40,145 bases of DNA. Origin: an uncultured Desulfobulbia bacterium. Lineage in GTDB: Bacteria; Desulfobacterota; Desulfobulbia; Desulfobulbales; VMSU01. Both the position numbers and the translations under genes were made by a program. Position 1 is the first letter of the stretch. Each line of letters opens with the position of its first letter. This document shows positions 29,865 to 38,914 of this stretch, piece after piece. The notes under the pieces are model-generated. The model ran no database searches, was not told where the DNA came from, and saw only the letters and a program-made list of their open reading frames with translations. The stretch spans positions 1-40,145 of the forward strand of contig CAZZJP010000001.1 of assembly GCA_964654555.1 (NCBI GenBank). The letters are read 5' to 3'.

Positions 29865-29935
29865 TTTTGTCGTTGTGGATTTGGCAGTTAACACTCTGAT
29901 TATGGATTGCTGATTAGCAACTGTCTAATTATAGC
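29863..29935. repeat. Degenerate family-A heptamer element
   Basis: GATTTTG...GGATTTGGCAGTT / AACTGTCTAATT stem with internal GATTATG GATTGCT GATTAGC. Confidence 0.4.
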
Positions 29936-29969
29936 GCAAACAGAAAGCCAGTACAAAATAAAATAATAC

Positions 29970-30850
29970 ATGGCTGACAATCTTGATGATTATCTCGGCG
30001 ATTTTATACAGGAATCGCAGGAGATGCTGGAAAACACCTCGGAGTGTTTTCTACGGATTGAGAAATATCCCGATAATTTAGATGAGATAAACGCCCTATT
30101 TCGCGCCTTGCATACCATTAAGGGCAGTGCCGCTTTTTTCAAGCTGGACTGCATCTCTGAACACGCCCACCGGGCGGAAAATCTTCTCGATCAGGTAAAG
30201 AACAAGCGTCTCTTTTTTTAATGCCGAGGTTGTGGACGGTATATTCCGCCACCCTGGATTTATTGATGTCCATAATAGTGTCATGGTCATGAGTATGGTG
30301 TCGGTGAAGGGTGTTTTCCAGAAATTTGGCCGGATAGTGTGCGTTTATTCTGGAGGGTGAAGATACGGAGCTGGATAAAATGGTGGGTGATATGCTCTCC
30401 GATCCGCTTGTTCATCTAATCATAAATTCCTGTGACCATGGTCTTGAAACTATCCATGAACGAAGGGCGGCCGGTAAACCGGAGGAGGGCCGTCTTGTCT
30501 TGAGGGCCGCTCTCAGGGGGCTGAAGGTGAATAAGGATGATGGTGAGGCCGTCCTGTATTTGGCCCTTGTGGCCGGTCTGTCCACCAATGATAAAGCCAC
30601 CGATCTCTCCGGCCGGGGGGTGGGAATGGATGTGGTCATAAACTGTATTAATGCCCTGCGTGGCAAAATTATGCTTTCTTCACCGCCGGGGGAAGAAACT
30701 ACTCTTACCAAGACGATTCCCATGCCGATGGGTGTAAATACCATTTTGCTGGTGGAAGCCGGTGGGGCTGAGTACGCCCTGCCCTTTGAGCAGGTACGGG
30801 AGGTTATCAAACTCAATTCTGAGGCCGTAAAAAAGGTCAAGGATAATTAT
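29970..30850 (+). pseudogene. cheA: Eroded cheA (Hpt, P3 end, partial kinase, truncated CheW domain)
   Basis: FRALHTIKGS then a stop in a T7 run; other frame DVHNSVMVMSMVSVKGVFQKFGRIV; then EGEDTELDK...NSCDHGLE...SGRGVGMDVV; the DDGRG box and most of P5 are missing. Confidence 0.88.
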
Positions 30851-30867
30851 TTTATCCTTCATCCTTT
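30839..30867. repeat. Truncated family-B heptamer element
   Basis: AAGGATAA-ttatt-TTATCCTTCATCCTTT where the pseudo-cheA homology ends. Confidence 0.6.
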
Positions 30868-30883
30868 AAGTCATGGGTGGAGA

Positions 30884-31133
30884 ATGAATTTTTATTAGTT
30901 GAAGATGACTATGTATCTGCCATGGCCTTGGTTAATATCATGTCTCCTTACGGGGAATGCCGGATGGCGGGCCAACGGCCGGGAGGCGGTAACGGCCTTT
31001 AAAGAGGCCCTGGACATGGGTAAACCCTTTGATGCCGGTTATGGACGGTCAGGACGAGGCCTTTTTGAATAAGCCTCTTGAGGTGGATGAACTGAAGGCG
31101 TATTTGAAAAAATTAGGGATTTTGGAATTCTGA
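30884..31133 (+). pseudogene. Eroded single-domain response regulator
   Basis: Fragments in shifting frames: FLLVEDDY...SPYGEC, ANGREAVTAFKEAL...KPFD, MPVMDGQ, AFLNKP...LKKLGI; the phosphoacceptor strand is deleted; not in the ORF track. Confidence 0.8.
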
Positions 31134-31180
31134 TTTTGGTATGCGGCCGGTGGAATGGCAATTCCGAAATAAAAAAACCG
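31116..31180. repeat. Heptamer inverted-repeat element, family A
   Basis: GATTTTG GAATTCT GATTTTG GTATGCG ... GCAATTCCGAAAT (13-mer identical to the 28.76 kb copy). Confidence 0.7.
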
Positions 31181-31189
31181 GAGAAGGAC

Positions 31190-32278
31190 ATGGAAGATTT
31201 AATGAAGGCGTTACATAGTGCTGATGAGGCCGTCCGTCTGTATGCCGTTGAAGATATTGCGGAACTTGGTACGCCGGATGCGGCGATTCCACTAATCTAT
31301 CAATTGGTTCGTGAAGGTTCCGAGGCCGTGAAGAACGCCGTCGTTTTTGCTCTTTGCCATCTTGATTGCCGACAGGTGTATGAGCAGTTGTTCGATTTAT
31401 TCACCTCCAACAACGCCTTTTTGCGTAACGCGGCGGTGGCTATATTCGGAGCCGGCGGTGAGGAGGCGGTGGCCTATCTCACCTCCAAGCTGGATTATCA
31501 GGATCGTGAGGTCAGAAAGCTGGTTTTGGATGCCTTATTTGAGATCGGTAGTCCGGAAACTCTGCTGATTATTCGGGCCGGACTCTATGATGAATCGCCC
31601 AATGTCCAGATTACGGCGGTGGAATATCTGGGCCGCCTAAATGATGATGAGGCGGTTGACGATATGATCTCCATCCTGTCCGAGACCGATGAACCCATGC
31701 TCAAGGCCGTGATTCTTGAAACCTTGAGTATGGTGGGTAAGGCGGAAAATATCCAGGATGTTCTGGATATTATGATGCCCGACGGTGATGTGATGGGAGT
31801 GGATTCATTTTATCTTGCCCCTCTGACTGATCTTACCGCCAAAGTTGGGTCAATAGAGCATATAATCAAGATGCTGGAAACCATTGAAAATATCGAGCTG
31901 TACGGCGCCGAGGTAGTGAACATAATTGATACTGCCTGTAAACGGATGGGCGATATATTCAATTATGACGAGATACTGGATAAGACGCGGCAAATAATTA
32001 TTACTTCGGAAGTTGCCGCTTATATTCGTTATGACGCGGTTAAATGTATCGTGCACCGGGAAACCTGCTCTGTTTCTGGCCAGGAATACCATGTGATTGC
32101 TAAGTCCCTATTAGATGAAAATAATCCGGAGATGTTATTACCGGCGGTGCGTCTCCTGGCCCGCAGCGGCATGTATGAAGATCTGGCAAAGATTGATGAA
32201 TTGGCGGCGGATACGGAGGATGATGATTTACGGGAGCTCTGCGCAGAAATGAAAAAGGAAATAACCAATGCCATTTGA
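31190..32278 (+). CDS. HEAT-repeat protein associated with CheR
   Basis: Repeats VRLYAVEDI, VKNAVVFAL, LRNAAVAIF, VRKLVLDAL, VQITAVEYL; start moved to ATG 31190 after AAGGA. Confidence 0.85.
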   Translation: MEDLMKALHSADEAVRLYAVEDIAELGTPDAAIPLIYQLVREGSEAVKNAVVFALCHLDCRQVYEQLFDLFTSNNAFLRNAAVAIFGAGGEEAVAYLTSKLDYQDREVRKLVLDALFEIGSPETLLIIRAGLYDESPNVQITAVEYLGRLNDDEAVDDMISILSETDEPMLKAVILETLSMVGKAENIQDVLDIMMPDGDVMGVDSFYLAPLTDLTAKVGSIEHIIKMLETIENIELYGAEVVNIIDTACKRMGDIFNYDEILDKTRQIIITSEVAAYIRYDAVKCIVHRETCSVSGQEYHVIAKSLLDENNPEMLLPAVRLLARSGMYEDLAKIDELAADTEDDDLRELCAEMKKEITNAI

Positions 32279-33101
32279 ATTGGAAATAGACGAGTTTGAA
32301 CGCCTCACTGACCTTATTTATCGTAAGGCGGGTATCCGTTTCGAACAAAAAAAGATTTACTATATTGCCAAACGTCTGGAAAAGCGTATGGTCGCGGTGG
32401 ATTTGGAGACGGTAATGGACTATATCAGTCACCTGAAATTCAGTGATCGTGATGGCCGGGAGATGCAGGAGCTTCTTAACATTTTGACCATTAATGAAAC
32501 GTATTTCTTCCGTGATTTTAATCAGTTGCAGGCCTTTGCCGAAGACAGCTTAGACACTGTCGTCAGCCAAAAGGCCGCCCGCGGCGACCGCCGCCTGCGA
32601 ATATGGTCAGCGGGCTGTTCCAGTGGCGAGGAGCCATATACCCTAGGAATTATTCTCCTGGAGATGATTGATGATATCAAACGCTGGGATGTGGAGATTA
32701 TTGCCACCGATATTGACGAGGTAATTCTTGATAAGGCCCGGAAGGGTATCTATATGAGCCGCAGCGTCAAGGATGTGCCAAAGGAATATCTTGAACAATA
32801 TTTTACCCGGTCGTCCGGCTTCTATCATGTCAAACAGAAGATCAAAGATACGGTGCGCTTTGATTACCTGAATTTGAATGATCGGGCTGTTTTGCGTAAG
32901 TATCGGGGCTTTGACTTTATATTTTGCCGTAATGTTCTGATTTATTTTGATGATGTCTCCAGAAGGCGGGTGGTGGATCATTATTATATGGCCCTCAACC
33001 AGGGCGGTTATATATTTCTGGGCTCGGCCGAATCCCCCGCTCGGATAAACCCAGCTTTTAAGATCAGGAAAACAGCAAATCATATGGTCTATTATAAATA
33101 A
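32268..33101 (+). CDS. cheR: Chemotaxis methyltransferase CheR
   Basis: TINETYFFRD, IWSAGCSSGEEPY, ATDID, FCRNVLIYF. Confidence 0.97.
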   Translation: MPFELEIDEFERLTDLIYRKAGIRFEQKKIYYIAKRLEKRMVAVDLETVMDYISHLKFSDRDGREMQELLNILTINETYFFRDFNQLQAFAEDSLDTVVSQKAARGDRRLRIWSAGCSSGEEPYTLGIILLEMIDDIKRWDVEIIATDIDEVILDKARKGIYMSRSVKDVPKEYLEQYFTRSSGFYHVKQKIKDTVRFDYLNLNDRAVLRKYRGFDFIFCRNVLIYFDDVSRRRVVDHYYMALNQGGYIFLGSAESPARINPAFKIRKTANHMVYYK

Positions 33102-33187
33102 AAAGCTGCAGGATGAAAGATAAAGGCCGAAGGATGAAGAAAAGGCTCCCTAATTATAGTTATTCATTCTTTCACCTTAATTCTTTC
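33102..33187. repeat. Heptamer inverted-repeat element, family B
   Basis: AAGCTGC AGGATGA AAGATAA AGGCCGA AGGATGA ... TTCATTCT TTCACCT. Confidence 0.75.
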
Positions 33188-33203
33188 AATAAAGGGGTGT
33201 TTT

Positions 33204-33560
33204 ATGAAAAAGGTGCTTGTGGTGGATGATTCAAGATTCGTGAGAAATTTTCACACTAATCTTCTGAAGGCGGCTGGTTTGCAGGCGGATAAGGCCTCCG
33301 ATGGTGTTGAGGCCCTGGAGAAGGCCACGGCGGTTAAATATGATCTTATTCTCTCTGATATAAATATGCCTAATATGGACGGTATTGTCTTTACCGAAAA
33401 ATACCGCCAAAATGATGATGAGACGCCAATTGTGATTATCTCTACTCAGGCCGAGGCTGCCAATAAGGAAAAGGCCATCAGCGCCGGGGCCAATCTTTAT
33501 ATTGTGAAGCCGGTTAAACCAAACGCCCTGGTATTACATATTAAGATGCTTCTTGGTTGA
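33204..33560 (+). CDS. cheY: CheY-like single-domain response regulator
   Basis: VVDDS, LSDINMP, IST, VKP; between cheR and cheA. Confidence 0.9.
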   Translation: MKKVLVVDDSRFVRNFHTNLLKAAGLQADKASDGVEALEKATAVKYDLILSDINMPNMDGIVFTEKYRQNDDETPIVIISTQAEAANKEKAISAGANLYIVKPVKPNALVLHIKMLLG

Positions 33561-33600
33561 TTTTGGCACTCCGAAATTCTAAATCAGAAATCCGAAATTA
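33558..33600. repeat. Family-A heptamer element (mostly right arm)
   Basis: CGAAATT CTAAATC AGAAATC CGAAATT directly before the cheA ATG. Confidence 0.7.
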
Positions 33601-33602
33601 AC

Positions 33603-36248
33603 ATGAATAACCAACAATTAAAATCAGATTTTCTGCAAGAGGCCCGCGAACTTCTCGACGATGTGACTGACGATGTTTTAAAGGCCGAGGCCGAGCCGGA
33701 TAATGAGGAAATAATCAACGCTGTCTTCCGAGGGATTCATTCCTTTAAGGGGAGTGCCGGTACCATTGGGGCCGAGCCGCTGGTAAAGTTCGCCCATGGC
33801 CTGGAGGGGGTGCTGGATGCCCTGCGTAATCTTGAATTTAGCTTAGAACCGGAAATTGTTGATACCATTCTGGCTGCCAACGATCATCTTATCTCCATGC
33901 TGGACGCCTTTGAGTCGGAAGACGATATGCCGGATGATTCTGTCCTCAGCGCCCGGCTCCAGAGTTTTTTAAAACCAGCCGCCGGGGATGAGCTGGAAAC
34001 CGCCCCTCAGGCCCGTAAAAAGCCACTGTTGGCCCCGCCGCCGGAGGCGGTTGAACGGCCCGCTGACGATGAAGGGGCGGACTCCCCCATCATTCCCGTT
34101 ATAGAGGCGGAGGATATTGAGGAGTTCATGGTTGATGCCGTGGAGCGTTTAGATAATCTGGCCCGTGATGTGGAGGCCTACGAGAAAGAGGGCGGTAGTA
34201 AGATATTAAACGATATTTTTCGTGATATTCACACCATTAAGGGTGACGCCGCCTATCTGCAGTTGGAGAAGACTGCCTCCTTCGCCCATCTTTTTGAGAG
34301 TTTGCTTAGTCGTTTGCGGGACGGTAAGATCAGCCGCGGGCCCGAGGTATGTGATCTGCTTATCCGCGGGGTTGACGCTCTGCGGGAGATAATTGACCGC
34401 CTTGGCAGGGGTGAAATGGTGGAATCATTACCACCGCTGAGTGTGGAACTGCGTGAATTTTGCGCCGACGGCAGTCCCGCTTCGGCATTTCCGGCAGCCG
34501 GTGGCAGCCCCGGTGATCTTCTTCAGGCTCTGCCCGACGATATGCGGGAGGTCTTTCTGGATCAGGTTGTGCAGCAAGGCCTGATTCTTGCCTCTCATGC
34601 TGTGCCGGCCTTGGAGGATAAGGGACGTCTCATAGTTAAACGGGCCTTGAAAGGGCTTAAAACAGCCGCTTCATTTGCCGATATTGTCACCTTTACCGTC
34701 CTTGTCGAAAAGGGATTGGCGGCCTTGGATGGTGAAGACGAGTCTCTGCAGGCGGCAGTTAAGGAAATATGCAGTTTTATTGATGGTCTGGCGGGCGGTA
34801 GTAAGCCGCTTGGTGAAATATTGGTGGAGGATGGCGAGGTCAGTAAAGAGGATGTTGATGAGGCCGTCAGGAGTCAGAGGCCGGTGGGTGAGATTCTGGT
34901 GGCCCGTGGCAAGGTCAGTAAGGACGATGTGGAGAGGGCTTTAAAGAGTCAGAAACCGGTGGGCGAGATTCTGGTGGAGCATGGTAAGGTCAAGCCGCAT
35001 AGGGTTAAAGATGCCTTGAAAAGGCAGGAACTAATGGCGGTGGCTAATCAGCTTAAACCTGCTGCCTTTGGTGGCCGGGAAACAAACACTATGCGGGTAA
35101 ATGAGGAGAAGATTGAGAATTTTGCCAATATGATCGGAGAACTGCTTATTTCCCGTAATACCTTTGAGTATATTCTTGATGAATTATTTGAGAACCGCCG
35201 CCCGGCGGCGGATTGTATCCATTTACTGCGGGATGAACTGCATGGCTTTTCTCGGCTGGTAAATGATATGCACCACGGCATTATGGCCATGCGGATGATT
35301 CCAGTGGGCGGCATATTCCAGAAATTCAACCGGGTAGTGCGGGATATATCGAGGCAGCAGCATAAGGAAATCCAGTTGATCATTCAAGGGGAGAACACCG
35401 AGATTGATAAAAAAGTGGCAGACCACCTGGCGGAGCCGCTCATTCATTTAATCAGGAATTCCTGCGATCACGGCATTGAGTCACGGGAGGAGCGGCTGGC
35501 AGCCGACAAACCTGAGCAGGGTACTATTCTGCTGTCCGCCAGCCATGAGGGTAGTAGTCTGGTGATTAAGATCAGCGATGATGGCCGGGGTATTGATCGT
35601 CATCTCCTCTACGAGAAGGCCGTCAGGCGCGGGATGACCGCAGTATCTGAAGAAAAGATCAGCTTGGCGGAGCTGATTTTTATGCCTGGACTTTCTTCTA
35701 AGGAGAACGCCACTGATCTTTCCGGACGCGGGGTGGGCATGGACGTGGTGCATAACACCGTTACCTCTTTAAAGGGTAGTGTCACCGTTTTGTCGGAGGA
35801 GGGTGAGGGCACTGAAATTGTCCTATCTCTGCCCATGAGCTTAGGCATATCCACCATGCTGCTTGTGGAAACCGGCGGTACTGCCTACGCCATTCCCTTT
35901 GAGCATGTAATTGAAGCTATGAAAATCAAGCCGGAAATGCTTCATGGCAGCAGAGATGATCTGATGTTCAGCTATCGCGGCCAGGTTATAGTGCTTGATT
36001 CTCTATCCAATCTGTTAAGCGGCACCCCGCTGAATAATAAAATTCCCGGTGCTGCCGAAATATCCGTGGTGATTATCGAGGCCAGGGGCCGCCGGGTCGG
36101 AATTATCGTGGACTGTTTTGTCCGGATTATGGAACTGGCCATCAAGCCCATGCCATCATCATTGGCGGCAATGGAGGCGGTGAGCGGCGTCAGTATAATG
36201 GGAGATGGGAAGTTGATTCTAACTTTGAACACGGAAAAACTAATTTAA
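33603..36248 (+). CDS. cheA: CheA histidine kinase with two Hpt domains, a degenerate third and three MshEN-like repeats
   Basis: FRGIHSFKG, FRDIHTIKG; three GEILVxxG repeats; RNSCDHG, DDGRG, SGRGVGMDVV; C-terminal CheW-like domain. Confidence 0.96.
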   Translation: MNNQQLKSDFLQEARELLDDVTDDVLKAEAEPDNEEIINAVFRGIHSFKGSAGTIGAEPLVKFAHGLEGVLDALRNLEFSLEPEIVDTILAANDHLISMLDAFESEDDMPDDSVLSARLQSFLKPAAGDELETAPQARKKPLLAPPPEAVERPADDEGADSPIIPVIEAEDIEEFMVDAVERLDNLARDVEAYEKEGGSKILNDIFRDIHTIKGDAAYLQLEKTASFAHLFESLLSRLRDGKISRGPEVCDLLIRGVDALREIIDRLGRGEMVESLPPLSVELREFCADGSPASAFPAAGGSPGDLLQALPDDMREVFLDQVVQQGLILASHAVPALEDKGRLIVKRALKGLKTAASFADIVTFTVLVEKGLAALDGEDESLQAAVKEICSFIDGLAGGSKPLGEILVEDGEVSKEDVDEAVRSQRPVGEILVARGKVSKDDVERALKSQKPVGEILVEHGKVKPHRVKDALKRQELMAVANQLKPAAFGGRETNTMRVNEEKIENFANMIGELLISRNTFEYILDELFENRRPAADCIHLLRDELHGFSRLVNDMHHGIMAMRMIPVGGIFQKFNRVVRDISRQQHKEIQLIIQGENTEIDKKVADHLAEPLIHLIRNSCDHGIESREERLAADKPEQGTILLSASHEGSSLVIKISDDGRGIDRHLLYEKAVRRGMTAVSEEKISLAELIFMPGLSSKENATDLSGRGVGMDVVHNTVTSLKGSVTVLSEEGEGTEIVLSLPMSLGISTMLLVETGGTAYAIPFEHVIEAMKIKPEMLHGSRDDLMFSYRGQVIVLDSLSNLLSGTPLNNKIPGAAEISVVIIEARGRRVGIIVDCFVRIMELAIKPMPSSLAAMEAVSGVSIMGDGKLILTLNTEKLI

Positions 36249-36292
36249 AGGATGAAGGATAAAAACACTCCGTAACTGAGTTATTCATCCTT
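36247..36292. repeat. Heptamer inverted-repeat element, family B
   Basis: AAGGATG AAGGATA AAAACACTCCGTAACTGAGTTA TTCATCCTT, beginning in the stop codon. Confidence 0.75.
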
Positions 36293-36315
36293 GCCAAATA
36301 ACGGGGGTAAAAATC

Positions 36316-36735
36316 ATGCAGAAAAAGGACTTTAAAATAATGGTGGTGGACGATGAGGTGGATATCGCCCAGGGGATGGCGGAGAATCTGGAGGTGATCA
36401 CCGGTCATAGTTTTGATTTTTTCTCTGATCCTTACCTTGCTCTGCAGGCCTTTAAGAACAAAAATTATAATTTGGTGCTGACGGATATCAGTATGCCCAA
36501 TATTGATGGTTTTGAGGTGATGAAGCGCATGCGGGCCCGTCGGCCAACCACCTTTTTTATCGTCATAACCGCTCATAAAACAATTGAGATGGTTACCCGA
36601 AGTATGCGTCTTGGGGCCTCCTATATATTTTATAAACCGGTTGACCTGGCGGAATTAGAGAGCGCTATTGAAACGCTTGTCGGCCGTTATTTGTATTGGA
36701 TTGGTAAAATAGAAGAGTTGAGGGGGACAGAATGA
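36316..36735 (+). CDS. Single-domain response regulator
   Basis: VVDDE, LTDISMP, ITA, YKP; overlaps the next gene (ATGA). Confidence 0.9.
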   Translation: MQKKDFKIMVVDDEVDIAQGMAENLEVITGHSFDFFSDPYLALQAFKNKNYNLVLTDISMPNIDGFEVMKRMRARRPTTFFIVITAHKTIEMVTRSMRLGASYIFYKPVDLAELESAIETLVGRYLYWIGKIEELRGTE

Positions 36736-38843
36736 GCTCTTTTATAAGTAAGGAAATAGTTGAGGATTTTATTCAGGAGGCCCTGACCTATATTGACGAG
36801 GCCAGGGAGCAGATCAGCGATGACGGCTGTGAACCGGCTGGAGTGAACGGGGTATTTCGCTGCCTGCATACCTTGAAGGGGACGAGCGGTTTCCTGCAGC
36901 TTGAGGAGTTATCCCGCTTTGTACACCGTTTTGAGGACTTTGTCCGTGACAAGCAGGAGATTGGCTCCGGGCTGAACAGCCGGGAGGGCAAAAAGGTTGT
37001 TGAGGGCCTGGATCTTCTGGAGACGGCGGTAACCAAGGCCGATAGTCCAGAGATTATGGCTGCTGCCGAGTATGAGGAATTTTTAACCACTCTCCATGCC
37101 TTGGCCTTTGCTAAGGCTGGTTATATGCAGCTTGACGCCCTGGTCGGCCAGTTGAAGGGGCTTCTGGGTGATGACGGCGGTCAAAAGTTTCCACCGGACG
37201 CCTTTACTCCGGCCATTGACGCCATAAAATTTTTGATAAACAAGATTATCCGGCAACAGAAGCGCGTTCTGCTGCCAGTTGACTATAAGGCCATAGACAA
37301 GATTGTACTTAAAGGAAAAGATATAACCGCAGAGATTAAATTGCAGCTTACGGCCCTGGAAGAAGTTGCCATGCATGGTAAAGCCGCCTTTGGTAGTATC
37401 GATTTTACGGAGCTGGTGCGCGGCGAGAAGCTATTGCGGGAGAATTTGAGTCATGGCAGGGATATGTTGGGGTGGCAGGTTATTTTAGATGTCTGCGAGG
37501 ACTCGGATGAGGTGGTTGACGAGGCCTTCAGGCATCTGTGGATAGAAGGGGTGGGTAAAGAGGCTGAAATTACCATGTCCCAATCCGCGGCGGAGGCGGG
37601 AGCTAAAAAAGACGGCAGGGGCCAGGCTGCGGCCGCTGATGCCGGTGTTGGTGCTCCTAAGGAGGAATTCTTGCGGGTTAAAGGTTCGGATTTGCAGGAA
37701 CTTGCCGTCAGCTCGGGTAACCTGGTAGCCAATCGTAATAATCTGGAAAATATCTTTCAGGACTTAAATCAGTATTTGCCGTCCCTCTATAAACGTCATT
37801 TGAAGGATTCATACGCCGAACTTGATCAGTCGGTAAATATGCTTGAACGCCGGGTATCCGCCTTAAACAACAAGCAGCTTAAAGATGTTCTGGGGCAGAT
37901 GCCTTCCATTGTTCAGCGCTTGGCTCATGATCTGGGCAAGGACATTAAGCTTACCATCAGCGGTGAGCAGATTGAAATTCCCAGAGGCTTGGTGAAGGCC
38001 CTGAAAGACCCCTTGGTACACATTGTTCGTAACTCTTGCGATCATGGCATTGAGCCTCTGGAGGAGAGGCAGGCGGCGGGTAAGCCTGGGGTGGGAAAAC
38101 TGATTATTGCCGCGGAACGTGATGATGAGCGTTTGACCATGACCATTGAGGATGACGGCCATGGCCTCGACCCTGTGATTATCCGTCGTAAGGCTGTGGA
38201 AAAGGGGATTATCTCGGACGCTGATAATTTGACTGATGAGGAATGTCAGGCTCTGATCTTTGAGGCCGGGTTCTCGACCAATGAGGAGGTTTCCACGGTC
38301 TCCGGTCGCGGGGTGGGTATGGATGTGGTCAAAAACGCCATTGAGCCGCGCGGCGGTACCATCAAACTTGACTCCACCTTGGGCCATGGCACTCGTATCC
38401 AGCTTATTGTCCCTTTAAACGCTGGTAACAGCACCCGTGATGTTCTGCTGGTGCAGATAGCTGATCAAGTGTTCGGGATTGATTACCACTGTCTCGTGGA
38501 AATTTTAAAAAGAGATATAGTGGATGACCACGGTTTTAAAAGGGATAGTTTTGTTAACTATCGTGATACTCTGATTCCCATGGTTGATATGGCCTCTCTC
38601 CTGACCAGGGCCTGTGGAGATGACTGCCTGAACAAATTTAGCCAGGTGCTGGTGGTAGAGGATGAGCAGAAGAGACGAATGTGCTTTGGGGTGCATGGCA
38701 TAAAGCATAAGGTGAAGGTGGTGGTGAATGGTTTTGAACATGATTTCCTAAAGGATAATACCATTTTCCAAGGCTCGGCGGTGCTTGGTGCCGGGCAGCC
38801 ATGTCTGGTATTGAACTTCAAAGATGTGGGAAAATATCTTTGA
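36732..38843 (+). CDS. cheA: Second, divergent CheA histidine kinase
   Basis: FRCLHTLKG, RNSCDHG, EDDGHG, SGRGVGMDVV, CheW-like C-terminus. Confidence 0.93.
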   Translation: MSSFISKEIVEDFIQEALTYIDEAREQISDDGCEPAGVNGVFRCLHTLKGTSGFLQLEELSRFVHRFEDFVRDKQEIGSGLNSREGKKVVEGLDLLETAVTKADSPEIMAAAEYEEFLTTLHALAFAKAGYMQLDALVGQLKGLLGDDGGQKFPPDAFTPAIDAIKFLINKIIRQQKRVLLPVDYKAIDKIVLKGKDITAEIKLQLTALEEVAMHGKAAFGSIDFTELVRGEKLLRENLSHGRDMLGWQVILDVCEDSDEVVDEAFRHLWIEGVGKEAEITMSQSAAEAGAKKDGRGQAAAADAGVGAPKEEFLRVKGSDLQELAVSSGNLVANRNNLENIFQDLNQYLPSLYKRHLKDSYAELDQSVNMLERRVSALNNKQLKDVLGQMPSIVQRLAHDLGKDIKLTISGEQIEIPRGLVKALKDPLVHIVRNSCDHGIEPLEERQAAGKPGVGKLIIAAERDDERLTMTIEDDGHGLDPVIIRRKAVEKGIISDADNLTDEECQALIFEAGFSTNEEVSTVSGRGVGMDVVKNAIEPRGGTIKLDSTLGHGTRIQLIVPLNAGNSTRDVLLVQIADQVFGIDYHCLVEILKRDIVDDHGFKRDSFVNYRDTLIPMVDMASLLTRACGDDCLNKFSQVLVVEDEQKRRMCFGVHGIKHKVKVVVNGFEHDFLKDNTIFQGSAVLGAGQPCLVLNFKDVGKYL

Positions 38844-38900
38844 AAGGATGAAGGCTGGAAAAACACACCGTAGCTTCAGCTTTTCATCCTTCAGCCTTTA
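38841..38900. repeat. Heptamer inverted-repeat element, family B
   Basis: TGA-AAGGATG AAGGCTG GAAAAACACACCGTAGC TTCAGCT TTTCATCC TTCAGCC TTTA. Confidence 0.8.
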
Positions 38901-38914
38901 AATATGGTGTTAAT

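Noticed and set aside
30380-30898. 172-aa ORF as a functional mini-CheA
   Set aside because: It lacks the DDGRG ATP-binding box and its tail runs through a repeat; treated as a pseudogene fragment.
31136-31189. N-terminal extension of the HEAT protein
   Set aside because: It translates a repeat arm; ATG 31190 has an RBS.
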